Shown piece by piece: positions 31,166 to 40,865 of a stretch of DNA of 64,000 nt. The position numbers and the translations under genes are program-made. The stretch comes from Candidatus Bathyarchaeia archaeon. Its GTDB lineage: Archaea > Thermoproteota > Bathyarchaeia > Bathyarchaeales > Bathycorpusculaceae. The stretch is from NCBI GenBank assembly GCA_038883795.1, contig JAVZLK010000003.1:75202-139201 (forward strand), given 5' to 3'. Positions within the stretch are counted from its first letter, which is position 1. Every line of letters begins with the position of its first letter. Below the pieces are notes generated by a model. The model was not told the origin of the DNA. It saw only the letters and a list, made by a program, of their open reading frames with translations, and searched no databases.

Positions 31166-31202
31166 TTTTCAACAAATCCCTCTTTTCTTTTTATATTTCC
31201 CC
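31166..31202 (+). terminator. Pyrimidine/T-rich archaeal terminator
   Basis: TTTTCAACAAATCCCTCTTTTCTTTTTATATTTCCC directly after the S-layer stop, between convergent genes. Confidence 0.55.
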
Positions 31203-32456
31203 TCAAAATAGGCTTTTAAGCACCTCTAAATCTTTTTTGGCAACCTTTTCCCAACTAAATCTTTCAGAGTAAACCTTCGCATAACTGCTTAACCTATACC
31301 ACTCATCCTCATCGAGCTTTAAAACCTCCAAAACTTTTGAAACCATATTTTCAATGTTCTTTACTGGAACAGGGAAAACGCCTTTGCATCCTCCAAAAAC
31401 TTCCCTTAACGCAGGAATGTCATAGGCAACCACAGGTAATCCACAAGCCAAAGCCTCTGCAACAGCAATACCCCAACCTTCAAAAAGGCTTGGAAATATG
31501 AAAACCTTGCTTGATTTTAACAAACTATAGAGTTCCTTGTCGCTGCAACGCCTCATCAAAAAAACATTTTTCTCCAAACCAAGCTTAACAACAGCTTCCT
31601 TAACCGCTTGAATTTCAAGTCCACTTCCAACAATCAAAAGTTTCGCGTCATTTCTTTTTTCAACAATTTTTTTCCATAAATTTAAAAGGTCAAATACTCC
31701 TTTTTCTTTGGCTATTCTGCCAACAAAAACTCCATCATAACGCTTCTCGCCATTAAAGGATGCGATTTTATTAATAAAGTTAACATCTACAGCGTTGCCA
31801 CTTACAAAAATTTTAACAGCAGAAACGCCATTTACCCTCAAAGCTTTAGCAGTAAAATTTGAAACAGCAATTATTGCCTTCGTTCTTTTTAAAAAAGAAA
31901 GTGTCACATAAAAAGTAAAAGTTTTAATTAAAGAAACAAGCCTGCTGTACTTTATGGTTCTATAACAATTATAAAGTGAAAAATTTCGTTTTGCGCCAGA
32001 AAATGGAATGTCAATATGGTGAACAACAACAACTAAAGGCAAACGCCAAACAGAAGAAACAACGTAACCTAAAAAAAGATTTGGCAAAGTATTATTCGGA
32101 ACAAAAAAAAGATTTGGCTTTTCACGGCAAAGAAGAGAAAAACTTTTGAAGATAGCTTTTGCAACCCAAAAACCCCATCCAACATAATTGCTCAACCACC
32201 CTTTTCCACAAAAAATAGAAGATAACAGATATTTTTGGCATCTGAGTTCAAATGCTCCCAAAAGAGTTGGCGCAGACTCTAAAACAGTAATTTTGAAACG
32301 TTCACTTTTACAAAAAATTTTCATAGTTTCAACAAATCTTTTTTCAGCCCCTCCTAAGGCAGTTACTGAAACGCCAGGGTGAAAAAATATGACGAAAACC
32401 CTTGAAATTGAAGCTTTATTCTTCCATGACTTAAAATTCTCGGCGTGATAAGCCAT
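31203..32456 (-). CDS. GT4 glycosyltransferase
   Basis: GGAEKR, FVGRIAKEKG and FPSLFEGWGIAVAEALACGLPVV (EX7E) motifs. Confidence 0.93.
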   Translation of the reverse strand: MAYHAENFKSWKNKASISRVFVIFFHPGVSVTALGGAEKRFVETMKIFCKSERFKITVLESAPTLLGAFELRCQKYLLSSIFCGKGWLSNYVGWGFWVAKAIFKSFSLLCREKPNLFFVPNNTLPNLFLGYVVSSVWRLPLVVVVHHIDIPFSGAKRNFSLYNCYRTIKYSRLVSLIKTFTFYVTLSFLKRTKAIIAVSNFTAKALRVNGVSAVKIFVSGNAVDVNFINKIASFNGEKRYDGVFVGRIAKEKGVFDLLNLWKKIVEKRNDAKLLIVGSGLEIQAVKEAVVKLGLEKNVFLMRRCSDKELYSLLKSSKVFIFPSLFEGWGIAVAEALACGLPVVAYDIPALREVFGGCKGVFPVPVKNIENMVSKVLEVLKLDEDEWYRLSSYAKVYSERFSWEKVAKKDLEVLKSLF

Positions 32457-32465
32457 TTCTATTCC

Positions 32466-33767
32466 TTAAAATTGGCTTTTCCATACTAGTTCACGAATGG
32501 TTTCCTCTAAAATTTTCATGTGTCTTTGACAGGAAAAATTTTCTTCCACAAAGCTTCGTGTCGTCTTAGAGGTTTCAGCCTTATCCATATCCGCGGCCTT
32601 CATGGTTTTCTCTGCAAAATCTTCAATATCATAAGGCTTGGCCCGAAAACCAGTCTTACCATCAATTACGGTTTCACATGGACCGCCACCATCATCCCAA
32701 ACCACGGATGGGGTTCCACAAGCCATGGCTTCTACAGGGCCTAACCCAAAATCTTCTCTTGGAACAGAATAAACGTAAACATCTGCCGCATTGTAAAGTT
32801 TTACAAGTTCCTCTTGAGATTTAAATCCCAAAAACTTTACCCTTCCTTCTATCTTAAGTTTCTTGGCGAGCCTTAAGAGCGTCTTTATGTATTTGGCGTT
32901 TTCTTCGGAAATTTTCCCTGTCACAGCCAACATTGCCGAGGGAAAATCCTTCACTATAAAGCTCATTATCTCTAAAAGCCATTCCCAACGCTTCACCGCA
33001 ACTATCCTTCCAGTGGAAAGGATAAAAGGCCAACCAAAATCCCTACGAACTTCTTTAACGATTTTTTCATCAAGAATTTTGAAAGTTTCAATGTCAACTG
33101 GCGGGTAACAAACTTTTGCTGATACCCCATAAATAGTTTTAATCCTTTTAGCCGTGAAATAACTGTTTGCCAAAACAACATCAGAATTCACAACGCCCAA
33201 GTAGTCTAACTCCTTCAATAATGGACTAGCAACTTTACTTAACCTAAAAATTATTTCACGAACATCATTAAATCTCCATAAAGCTCTTTCCTTATGGTTT
33301 AAATAGAGAAACCTTGGAGGCGAATGAATATAACTAACATATTTTAATCCTCTAAATTTTTTGTTTAAATACCCTATCCAAGGAGCAGGACCATAACCAT
33401 GACAAATTAAAACATCCTCCTTTCTAAATGTTGGCAGGGTTAATGGCGCAAAAGGCATTGACAATATTATTCTTATCGCTGGATTGTTGGGAATTAATGG
33501 AGAAAAGAAACTTTTAGTATAACAATGGGGGTTTGACGACTCTTTATGCATGCTCTTATCCACATACGCAAAAAAGCATTCAGCATCGTAACCTCTTTTA
33601 TGGAATAAGTCAACTTGCTTCAGAATTACTCTTTCAGCACCTCCAAACTCTTTCAAGTGACTATAAAGTATCGCTATTTTCAAGGAAGCCCCATCCCTTA
33701 CACAGCCGAATTTTGCGGCGGCTTTGTTTTTCCATTTATTTTGCCATGTTTGTGTCTTTTTCAGCAC
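32466..33767 (-). CDS. GT4 glycosyltransferase
   Basis: GGAERV, ANSYFT, YPPVD and EDFGLGPVEAMACGTP motifs; start uncertain. Confidence 0.93.
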   Translation of the reverse strand: MLKKTQTWQNKWKNKAAAKFGCVRDGASLKIAILYSHLKEFGGAERVILKQVDLFHKRGYDAECFFAYVDKSMHKESSNPHCYTKSFFSPLIPNNPAIRIILSMPFAPLTLPTFRKEDVLICHGYGPAPWIGYLNKKFRGLKYVSYIHSPPRFLYLNHKERALWRFNDVREIIFRLSKVASPLLKELDYLGVVNSDVVLANSYFTAKRIKTIYGVSAKVCYPPVDIETFKILDEKIVKEVRRDFGWPFILSTGRIVAVKRWEWLLEIMSFIVKDFPSAMLAVTGKISEENAKYIKTLLRLAKKLKIEGRVKFLGFKSQEELVKLYNAADVYVYSVPREDFGLGPVEAMACGTPSVVWDDGGGPCETVIDGKTGFRAKPYDIEDFAEKTMKAADMDKAETSKTTRSFVEENFSCQRHMKILEETIRELVWKSQF

Positions 33768-33905
33768 GGTAGGGTTTTTTGTCTTTAAACGATTATTAAA
33801 AAGTTTTTAGGAGTTCAGACTCCGAACTCGAAACAAAAGAGAATCCAATAAACTTTTTTACTTCCATGCATCCTAATACAGCAAAAACCCCGAAAGGAAA
33901 TAAAC

Positions 33906-35033
33906 ATGAGCGAAACACCCACTGAAGGCGAAACCCAAATAACCCAAACAAACTTCGAAGAAATAACCAAACTTGTTTCCACAGAGTTCCAAATAGAAGA
34001 AGCTTTAATGGAACATAACATTCCAACATATTATCTGAAACAGCCGCAAGAAACAAAACAAGCTTTTCTAAGGCTGCTGAAAAATCTAGAACCAATAAAT
34101 TTTTTAGCAATCCTAAGGAAGAGGGACGGACGGATAGTTCTAAAAATTATTCCAAAACCCCATGTGAAGCCTAGTAACATTATGGTGAATTGGATACTAT
34201 TTTTTGCAACCATAGCAACAACCTTTGTCACAGGGTACATGTTTTCAGAAAACCTAATAAACCCAATAATTGGTGGAGCCACATTCACTATAGCTATAAT
34301 GGCAATACTGGGTATGCATGAAATGGGACATAAATTAACAGCTAACAAAAGCGGAATAGAGGCAACACCACCATACTTCATTCCTGGACCACCGCCAATG
34401 GGCTTTTTTAGTATAGGAACCTTCGGAGCGGTTATAATGCAAAGATCTCTTGCACCAAACAAGGATTCACTCTTTGACATAGGCGCAAGTGGACCCATAA
34501 TAAGTTTTATTTTGGCTATGATTGCAACAATAATAGGTTTACCATTATCCCATCCAGGATGGGAACCCCGAGGCACACCAACTTTACCCGTTCCGCTTAT
34601 ATTTGATCTTCTTGAGCTGGCGTTCCCATTTTTGACCCCACCTCATCAAACGGAACCTCCAGGACCAGGCTATATCCCCGTTATCTACTTGCATCCGATA
34701 GCTATAGCCGGATGGGCTGGGCTCATTGTTACTTCGCTTAATCTTTTTCCTGCAGCAATGCTTGATGGAGGACATGTTTCAAGGGCATTGTTTGGCGAAA
34801 AAACTCGGACGGTGCTAACTTTTTTGTCTGTTATTGCGTTGATTTATGTGAGTTTTCCGATGGCTATTTTTGTTCTTTTCATGTCGATGTATAGACATCC
34901 GGGACCATTAGATGATGTCTCCAGCTTATCAAAAAGTAGAAAACTTTTGACAGTATTTTTGGTGGTTATTCTTGTGCTTTCTTCTTTCTTTCATTATTTG
35001 GTATATGCTTTGATTAGACTTCTGGGGCTTTAA
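33906..35033 (+). CDS. Site-2 protease (peptidase M50)
   Basis: HEMGH, GTFGAVI, ASGP and NLFPAAMLDGGH motifs. Confidence 0.93.
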   Translation: MSETPTEGETQITQTNFEEITKLVSTEFQIEEALMEHNIPTYYLKQPQETKQAFLRLLKNLEPINFLAILRKRDGRIVLKIIPKPHVKPSNIMVNWILFFATIATTFVTGYMFSENLINPIIGGATFTIAIMAILGMHEMGHKLTANKSGIEATPPYFIPGPPPMGFFSIGTFGAVIMQRSLAPNKDSLFDIGASGPIISFILAMIATIIGLPLSHPGWEPRGTPTLPVPLIFDLLELAFPFLTPPHQTEPPGPGYIPVIYLHPIAIAGWAGLIVTSLNLFPAAMLDGGHVSRALFGEKTRTVLTFLSVIALIYVSFPMAIFVLFMSMYRHPGPLDDVSSLSKSRKLLTVFLVVILVLSSFFHYLVYALIRLLGL

Positions 35034-35146
35034 GAGATGATTTGTATTCTTGTTGTGCGTTTAGACAGTAACGTTTATTAAATATTGCTATACTCGATAT
35101 CTTCTTGAAGAGACCTATCCAAACCAAAACATAAAAGGTGAACTGA

Positions 35147-35368
35147 GTGAAGGGATTAGCAATCTTAATAGCTTTCTTCTTACTTTTCACATCAGCCTCT
35201 CTGCTTATTCCTTCACCAATGTTTCCAGGAAACTTTTTCTGCGCATTAATAGGAGAAAGCGCAACTGAATATTCAGAATATTTAAGCGCCGTTTTTAATG
35301 GAATCTTTTATGGTGTTATTTTGTGGTTGGTTTTTGTTCTTATAAGCAGAAGATTCGAAGAAAAATAA
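35147..35368 (+). CDS. Small two-TM membrane protein
   Basis: SD AGGTGA before GTG; two hydrophobic helices. Confidence 0.7.
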   Translation: MKGLAILIAFFLLFTSASLLIPSPMFPGNFFCALIGESATEYSEYLSAVFNGIFYGVILWLVFVLISRRFEEK

Positions 35369-35378
35369 TCGCTTCAAT

Positions 35379-35681
35379 TTAGATTTCTGGTTGTGATAGG
35401 AAGCCTACAAGCCTAATGGTGCTTTTACACTTATTGCACATTAAAATCAATTCCGCCAGCTCATCACCCTTAACTTTGGTTTCAAGGATTTGATAAACCT
35501 CATCGGTCTCATCGTCTGGAGATATTATAGTTCCACATTTTGGACAGGGGAAAGCTCCATCTCCATCAATCTTTGTCAAATCAACTGTGTAAATCATGCC
35601 TTTTTTGGCTGTTGTTTTCTTCATCATTTTGATGCACCTTTTCCTTTGAAGGGCATGGTTAGCCAAGAATATAATTAACAA
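35379..35681 (-). CDS. Small zinc-ribbon protein (true start probably ~35627)
   Basis: DLTKIDGDGAFPCPKCG...CNKC; SD AAGGTG before MMKK. Confidence 0.75.
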   Translation of the reverse strand: MLIIFLANHALQRKRCIKMMKKTTAKKGMIYTVDLTKIDGDGAFPCPKCGTIISPDDETDEVYQILETKVKGDELAELILMCNKCKSTIRLVGFLSQPEI

Positions 35682-35739
35682 TTATGAATTAGTAATATGA
35701 ATGCAAAATTCATTTACTGCATTTACGTATCAAGCACGC

Positions 35740-36768
35740 TTACAAGTCATAAACTAAGCCTGGAATTCTTGGAAAAGGCTGCGTTTCTCCTATATGTCTT
35801 GCTCCTACTATCCATGAAACCAGCCTTTCCACTCCTATCCCTGCACCAGCAGATGGTTGCAGTCTTCCTTCTTTAGCCAGTTGCAGTAATATCCTATAAT
35901 TTTCTTTTTTGATTTTGTCCCTTTCCATTTTCTTGAGTATTTTCTCGTATTCCCACTCTCTTCTTCCGCCAGATAATACTTCGCCGTATTTTGGAAGAAG
36001 CAAATCATAGTTGTCCCAAACGCCGCTTTCGAAGTCTTCGAAGTCATAAAACTCTCTCGGAATGTTTGTTATCCAAACTGGGTACTTGATTTCTTTTAGA
36101 AGCCATTTTTCCCAAAAATGCCCATGGCTTTTTTCAAGTTCTTTTCTGTCATAAATTTTGAAGGGTGTTTCTAGTGTGGTTAAGTTGTCGTATTTGCCTA
36201 AATATGTTAATTCTTCCCGCATGTTAGCCCGTAAATGGCGTAGTAATCCAACCAATATTTTTTCAACAAGGCTTCTAACATCTTCTGATTTAGCCTCTTT
36301 CATTTCAAAGTCTAATTGTGTAAATTCGTATGCGTGGATTCCAGTGTTTGCCCTTTCCGCCCTTTCTATTCTTATGTTCGGAGATAGCGTAAACAATTTG
36401 GGATAGATTAGAGAGGATGCAACCATTTTCTGAACTATCATGCTTAAATTTGCCCTAACGGTTTCTCCATAAATTTCCACTTCAACCCGTTTATCAATTG
36501 AAGCGTCAAGGTCTGGCCAAAGAGGGTCTGTTGATTTGGAAAATATTACTGGCAAAAGCCATTCAAAACCCTCTTTGACAAATTCTTCTGTAAGATATTT
36601 TAAAACACGAGTCATTACTTTACCAATACATTGTTTTCTCTGCAATTCGCTTTTAGAAAGTTGCTCCAAAGGCTTTGGAATCTCCATAAGCCTTTCTTTC
36701 GCAACTGAGAGAAGCTTCTGTCTTTTCTCCATGTGCTCACCTTTGAACTCGAATGTTATCTGTTTCAA
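35740..36768 (-). CDS. asnA: Archaeal asparagine synthetase A (AsnRS-like catalytic domain; start probably 36732)
   Basis: Class II aaRS core without anticodon domain: STDPLWPD, SPNIRIE, EFTQLDFE, GEVLSGGRREWEY and SAGAGIGVERL. Confidence 0.88.
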   Translation of the reverse strand: MKQITFEFKGEHMEKRQKLLSVAKERLMEIPKPLEQLSKSELQRKQCIGKVMTRVLKYLTEEFVKEGFEWLLPVIFSKSTDPLWPDLDASIDKRVEVEIYGETVRANLSMIVQKMVASSLIYPKLFTLSPNIRIERAERANTGIHAYEFTQLDFEMKEAKSEDVRSLVEKILVGLLRHLRANMREELTYLGKYDNLTTLETPFKIYDRKELEKSHGHFWEKWLLKEIKYPVWITNIPREFYDFEDFESGVWDNYDLLLPKYGEVLSGGRREWEYEKILKKMERDKIKKENYRILLQLAKEGRLQPSAGAGIGVERLVSWIVGARHIGETQPFPRIPGLVYDL

Positions 36769-36790
36769 ATGTGAAGTCGTTATTATAAAC

Positions 36791-36860
36791 TTTTTATAAA
36801 AAATGCTGCAATTTTTCCAAAAAAGTAAACTTTTATATTAGATTTTTGTAATAATTACAA
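36791..36860. promoter_or_regulatory. Divergent asnA/lrp promoter region with palindromes (candidate Lrp/AsnC operator)
   Basis: Perfect palindrome TTTTTATAAAAA at 36791-36802 and inverted repeat TTGTAA-TAA-TTACAA at 36846-36860. Confidence 0.5.
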
Positions 36861-36862
36861 TT

Positions 36863-37399
36863 ATGGAAGCGAAACTCGACGAGAAGGATTTGGCTATTCT
36901 CTCTCTAATTCAAAGCAATTGTAAGCTTACCGCCCGAGAAATTGCAAGAAAAATAGATTCGCCCATTACGACTGTTTTCGCAAAAATAAAGCGCATGGAA
37001 GAGGTGGGCATAATAAAGGATTATAGGGCAATTTTGGATTCGCAGAAACTTAACAGTGGAACAACGGCCTTCATTCTCGCCTCGGTCTCCTACAGAACAA
37101 AAGACAATGCTACATTGATTTCACAGAGAGAAATCGCCAAAGAAATAGCAAAGTTTCCCGAAGTTCAAGAAGTGCACATTATAACGGGGGATTGGGATTT
37201 GTTGATAAAGCTTAAGGCTGAAAATGTTGATGTTATAGGGAAGTTTGTTATTGACAAGTTAAGACTTGTTAGAGGTATAGAGAAAACTTTGACGTGTATG
37301 GTTTTCGAAACCTGCAAAGAAACAACAGAGATACCAATCATGTTAAGAAAGAAAACAAGTAAAAATCATATATTAGAAGGAATAAAACAGCGTAAATAA
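36863..37399 (+). CDS. Lrp/AsnC family transcriptional regulator
   Basis: LDEKDLAIL...AREIARKI...TVFAKIKRMEEVGII HTH and EVQEVHIITGDWDLLIK RAM domain. Confidence 0.95.
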   Translation: MEAKLDEKDLAILSLIQSNCKLTAREIARKIDSPITTVFAKIKRMEEVGIIKDYRAILDSQKLNSGTTAFILASVSYRTKDNATLISQREIAKEIAKFPEVQEVHIITGDWDLLIKLKAENVDVIGKFVIDKLRLVRGIEKTLTCMVFETCKETTEIPIMLRKKTSKNHILEGIKQRK

Positions 37400-37512
37400 A
37401 AAGGGAAAGCGGGTTTCGGTCATTTTTGGGATGGCTTAATTTAGGATTTATAAAGGTTTATACAACAAAATATAGAAAATATATCTAATTCAAGGAGGAG
37501 AAACGCAAAACC

Positions 37513-38874
37513 TTGGAAAAATTTGATGCAGTTGTAGTGGGAGCCGGAACAGGCGGCTGTTTAGCTGCGAAAACATTGGCTGAAGCTGGCTTAAAAGTTT
37601 GTTTGGTGGAGAGAAAAAGAAGAGAAGAGATTGGAGAGAAGATATGTGGAGACGCCCTTGGAGAGCATCACCTAAAAAGTGTGGGTTTAGAAAAACCGCA
37701 GAGCGGCGAACTTGAGAAGAGAATAGAGGGCATTAAAATTTATTCGCCAGATTTGGAAACAATTTTTACCGTAAAGCATGAGGATTTTGTTGGTTACCTG
37801 TTGAATAGGCGGCTTTTTGGGCAATGGCTTTTGAGAAAAGCTCTTGATAAAGGCGTTGTTCTTCTAGATTCAGCGCAATGTTTGGAACCGATAATTGAAA
37901 GGCATTTTGTGGCAGGAGTTTTAGCCAAAGATTTGAAGACTAAAAAGAGAATCGAGTTGAAAGGTAAAGTGGTTGTTGATGCCAGCGGTTTTGTGGGGGT
38001 AATTAGGCGAAAACTTCCGAAAGAGATGGGCATCGAAAATGAAGTAGCAAACGAAGATGTGGAAGCCTGCTATAGAGAAATAAGACAACTCAAACAAGAA
38101 ACCAATGAAATGAATTACTGCGAAATCTACTTGAACCAGAAAGTAACTCCAGGCGGTTACACATGGATTTTCTACAAAAGCAGCGCAAAAGTTAATGCTG
38201 GTCTTGGAGTTTGTATGAGAGGTAAGTTTCCAAACCCAAAAAACCAGTTCTATAAGCACATCCTAACAAAACCACTTTTTGAAGGCTCCCTCCTTCTAAA
38301 CGGGGGTGCATGGTATGATCCAACACGCAGACCATTAAACAACATGGTTGGAAATGGAGTTGCCATAATAGGCGATGCAGCATGCCTTGTAAACCCAATT
38401 CACGGGGGTGGAATAGGTCCCTCAATGCTAAGCGGCTACCTAGCCGGGCAAGCCATTATCAAAGCTTTGGAAAAGGGTGATGTAAGCCAAAAGTCTTTGT
38501 GGTTGTATAATGTTGAGTATATGAAGAATTATGGGACGAAACAGGCGGGACTTGATGTTTTTCGCATATTGCTTTTGACTTGTCATGATGAAGATTTAAA
38601 CTATGGAATGAAATATAAGCTGTTGACTGAAGAGGATGTTTTAAAGGCTGGTTTAGGCGAAGAATTCCACCTTAAAATAACTGAAACTGCCAAGCGAGTT
38701 TTCAGAGGATTGAAGAGGATACGCTTTCTTAACAAGCTTAGGCTTACGGTTAATCTAATGAATCAAGTTAAAGAGCATTATCGAAACTATCCAGAAACGC
38801 CCGAAAATTTCAAAGAATGGCAGATGAAAACAGAAGCTTTATTCAAGGAAGCCAAGTCTAAACTTATGGAGTAA
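37513..38874 (+). CDS. Geranylgeranyl reductase family (digeranylgeranylglycerophospholipid reductase)
   Basis: VVGAGTGG FAD motif, KICGD, PGGYTWIF and IGDAA..VNPIHGGGI. Confidence 0.9.
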   Translation: MEKFDAVVVGAGTGGCLAAKTLAEAGLKVCLVERKRREEIGEKICGDALGEHHLKSVGLEKPQSGELEKRIEGIKIYSPDLETIFTVKHEDFVGYLLNRRLFGQWLLRKALDKGVVLLDSAQCLEPIIERHFVAGVLAKDLKTKKRIELKGKVVVDASGFVGVIRRKLPKEMGIENEVANEDVEACYREIRQLKQETNEMNYCEIYLNQKVTPGGYTWIFYKSSAKVNAGLGVCMRGKFPNPKNQFYKHILTKPLFEGSLLLNGGAWYDPTRRPLNNMVGNGVAIIGDAACLVNPIHGGGIGPSMLSGYLAGQAIIKALEKGDVSQKSLWLYNVEYMKNYGTKQAGLDVFRILLLTCHDEDLNYGMKYKLLTEEDVLKAGLGEEFHLKITETAKRVFRGLKRIRFLNKLRLTVNLMNQVKEHYRNYPETPENFKEWQMKTEALFKEAKSKLME

Positions 38875-39557
38875 TGCTGGCTTTTATGCGAGTTGCAGTT
38901 TTAGCCACAGGCGGAAAAGACTCCACCTTAGCGCTTAAAAAAGTATTAGATCAAGGTTATGAAGTGAAGTATTTAGTGAGCATGATTCCTTTAAGGGAAG
39001 ACAGCTGGATGTTCCATTACCCAAACATCCGCCTAGTAGACCTATTTTCAAAAGCGGTGGAAATCCCCCTAGTAAAGGCTGAAACTTTAGGGATTAAGGA
39101 AAAAGAGGTTGAAGACCTCAAGCGGGTTATTGAAAAACTTGACGTTGACGCCATAGTTTCAGGAGCCATAGCCTCCAACTACCAAAAAACAAGGGTTGAA
39201 AAAATCTGCGAACAGTTAAACCTGAAATGTTTAACGCCCCTTTGGCAAAAAAATCCCATAGAAATTTTAGAAGAAATCGTGAACCTTAAATTTCATGTTA
39301 TCATAACTGGAGTTTACGCTTATGGCTTTAACAGAGAATGGCTTGGAAAGAAAATTAACGAAAAAACAATAGAAGCCCTAAAGGAATTGAGCAGACAATA
39401 TGGCGTTTCAGTTGTTGGTGAGGGAGGAGAATACGAAACCCTAGTGCTTGACGCTCCATTCTTCAAAAAAAGAATAAAAATTGTTGAAGTGGAAAAAGTT
39501 TGGAAAAACCAAAGCGGCTATTTGCTGGTTAAAAAAGCGGAGCTTGAAAACAAATGA
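38874..39557 (+). CDS. dph6: Diphthine--ammonia ligase (PP-loop)
   Basis: TGGKDS, SWMFH, GAIASNYQ, PLW and GEGGEYETLVLDAP motifs. Confidence 0.9.
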   Translation: MLAFMRVAVLATGGKDSTLALKKVLDQGYEVKYLVSMIPLREDSWMFHYPNIRLVDLFSKAVEIPLVKAETLGIKEKEVEDLKRVIEKLDVDAIVSGAIASNYQKTRVEKICEQLNLKCLTPLWQKNPIEILEEIVNLKFHVIITGVYAYGFNREWLGKKINEKTIEALKELSRQYGVSVVGEGGEYETLVLDAPFFKKRIKIVEVEKVWKNQSGYLLVKKAELENK

Positions 39558-39617
39558 ATTAGGTATTAAAAGCGTGAGCTTTATAGTTTTCAAATTGCAT
39601 TTATTTTTGGGAGTCTT

Positions 39618-40856
39618 ATGGTTGAAGAAAGCGATATAATAGAATTTCTCAAGGTTCATGATGGTAAGGCCTCCTTAAACGATGTTGCCACGGGTTTGGG
39701 AATACCAAAATATGGACCAAACTCTGCCTATGCTCTTTTACAATCCCTAAAAAATAAGGGTGTTGTGGAACGCCGTGGCGAACTCTGGACACTTATTATG
39801 GAGGAGGTTAAGCCCAAAGAAAAAGCGACAGTAGCGCCTGCTCCAGCACCACCATCAACAGTGGAAAAAGAGGCCGTTATGCCTGATGTTGAAAAACTTA
39901 TGAAGGCTATGGCAAAAACCATCGCGGAAGCAATGAAAGGCGCTCAAGTTCCACCAGATGAGTGGGAACTGGCGACAAAACCGATGACAACAAAAATTGA
40001 AAGAAAAGAGGAAAAGTTAAGCGCTCTTGTATTAAAGCCAGATGAGGCTGTTGAAGCCAAAAAACCCTTAATAGGATTTCCAACAGGCACGTATTTAGAC
40101 TATTTCTTCTTAACGCCGGAAGGAAAACCCCTAAACGGATTGCCAATATGTGGACAATTCGCCATAACAGGCTTGCCGGGCGCTGGAAAATCGATTCTTG
40201 TTGAAGAAATAGCCGTAAGAGTGGCAGCTTCTGGAAGAAAAGTGCTTTACGCAACAGCAGAAGACACATGGAAAAGCGCCACTCCACGCTTTGACTTGCA
40301 ATCTCGCTTAAAACAGAAGGCTGAAATCTTGGGTTTAGACTGGAATAAAATCCGTGAAAACCTTTTTGTGCTTGACACAGTGGCCTATCCTGAACTCCGC
40401 GACTGGAGCACCTTCGCAGAAACATATCGTTACGTTGCAGAAAAGGAGAAAATAGAATTAGCCATAATCGATTCTGTGACCGTTCTTGAAGCCTACCGTG
40501 GAGCCCTAAAATATCGTGTCATGGAAATAGCCAGATACAACCAAGTCCACGGTATAACCGCCCTCTACGTCAATCAGCGAAGTTCAGAAGTTTGGGACAG
40601 CTATGACATGGCAGGCGGAATAGGCCTAGCCCATAATCTCGATGGGACAATAATAGTGGATTATGGGCGTGTTTATTGGCAAGACCAGCAAGTGGATTTA
40701 GCCGTTAACAGAGGTGAATTCGTCCGCATATCAAGAGTTTTAGATTGCAGAATGTGCAATTTTGAGAGGAGAAGAATAAGGGTTGACATAACACCAGACG
40801 GCTTTCTGAGAGCCATGGAACCCATACCAAAGGTGGAAGGAACAAAATCCCAGTGA
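39618..40856 (+). CDS. KaiC/RecA-superfamily ATPase (AF_0795-like) with N-terminal winged-helix domain
   Basis: Walker A GLPGAGKS, Walker B AIIDS, NQR, AGG...HNLDGTI and C-terminal CRMC as in the AF_0795 KaiC-domain family; ~60-aa wHTH and Pro/Ala linker at the N-terminus. Confidence 0.8.
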   Translation: MVEESDIIEFLKVHDGKASLNDVATGLGIPKYGPNSAYALLQSLKNKGVVERRGELWTLIMEEVKPKEKATVAPAPAPPSTVEKEAVMPDVEKLMKAMAKTIAEAMKGAQVPPDEWELATKPMTTKIERKEEKLSALVLKPDEAVEAKKPLIGFPTGTYLDYFFLTPEGKPLNGLPICGQFAITGLPGAGKSILVEEIAVRVAASGRKVLYATAEDTWKSATPRFDLQSRLKQKAEILGLDWNKIRENLFVLDTVAYPELRDWSTFAETYRYVAEKEKIELAIIDSVTVLEAYRGALKYRVMEIARYNQVHGITALYVNQRSSEVWDSYDMAGGIGLAHNLDGTIIVDYGRVYWQDQQVDLAVNRGEFVRISRVLDCRMCNFERRRIRVDITPDGFLRAMEPIPKVEGTKSQ

Positions 40857-40865
40857 AAAGGCAAC

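Noticed and set aside
39618-40856. Circadian clock KaiC or RadB
   Set aside because: Single ATPase domain, no kaiA/kaiB nearby, and motifs fit the AF_0795-like family rather than RadB.
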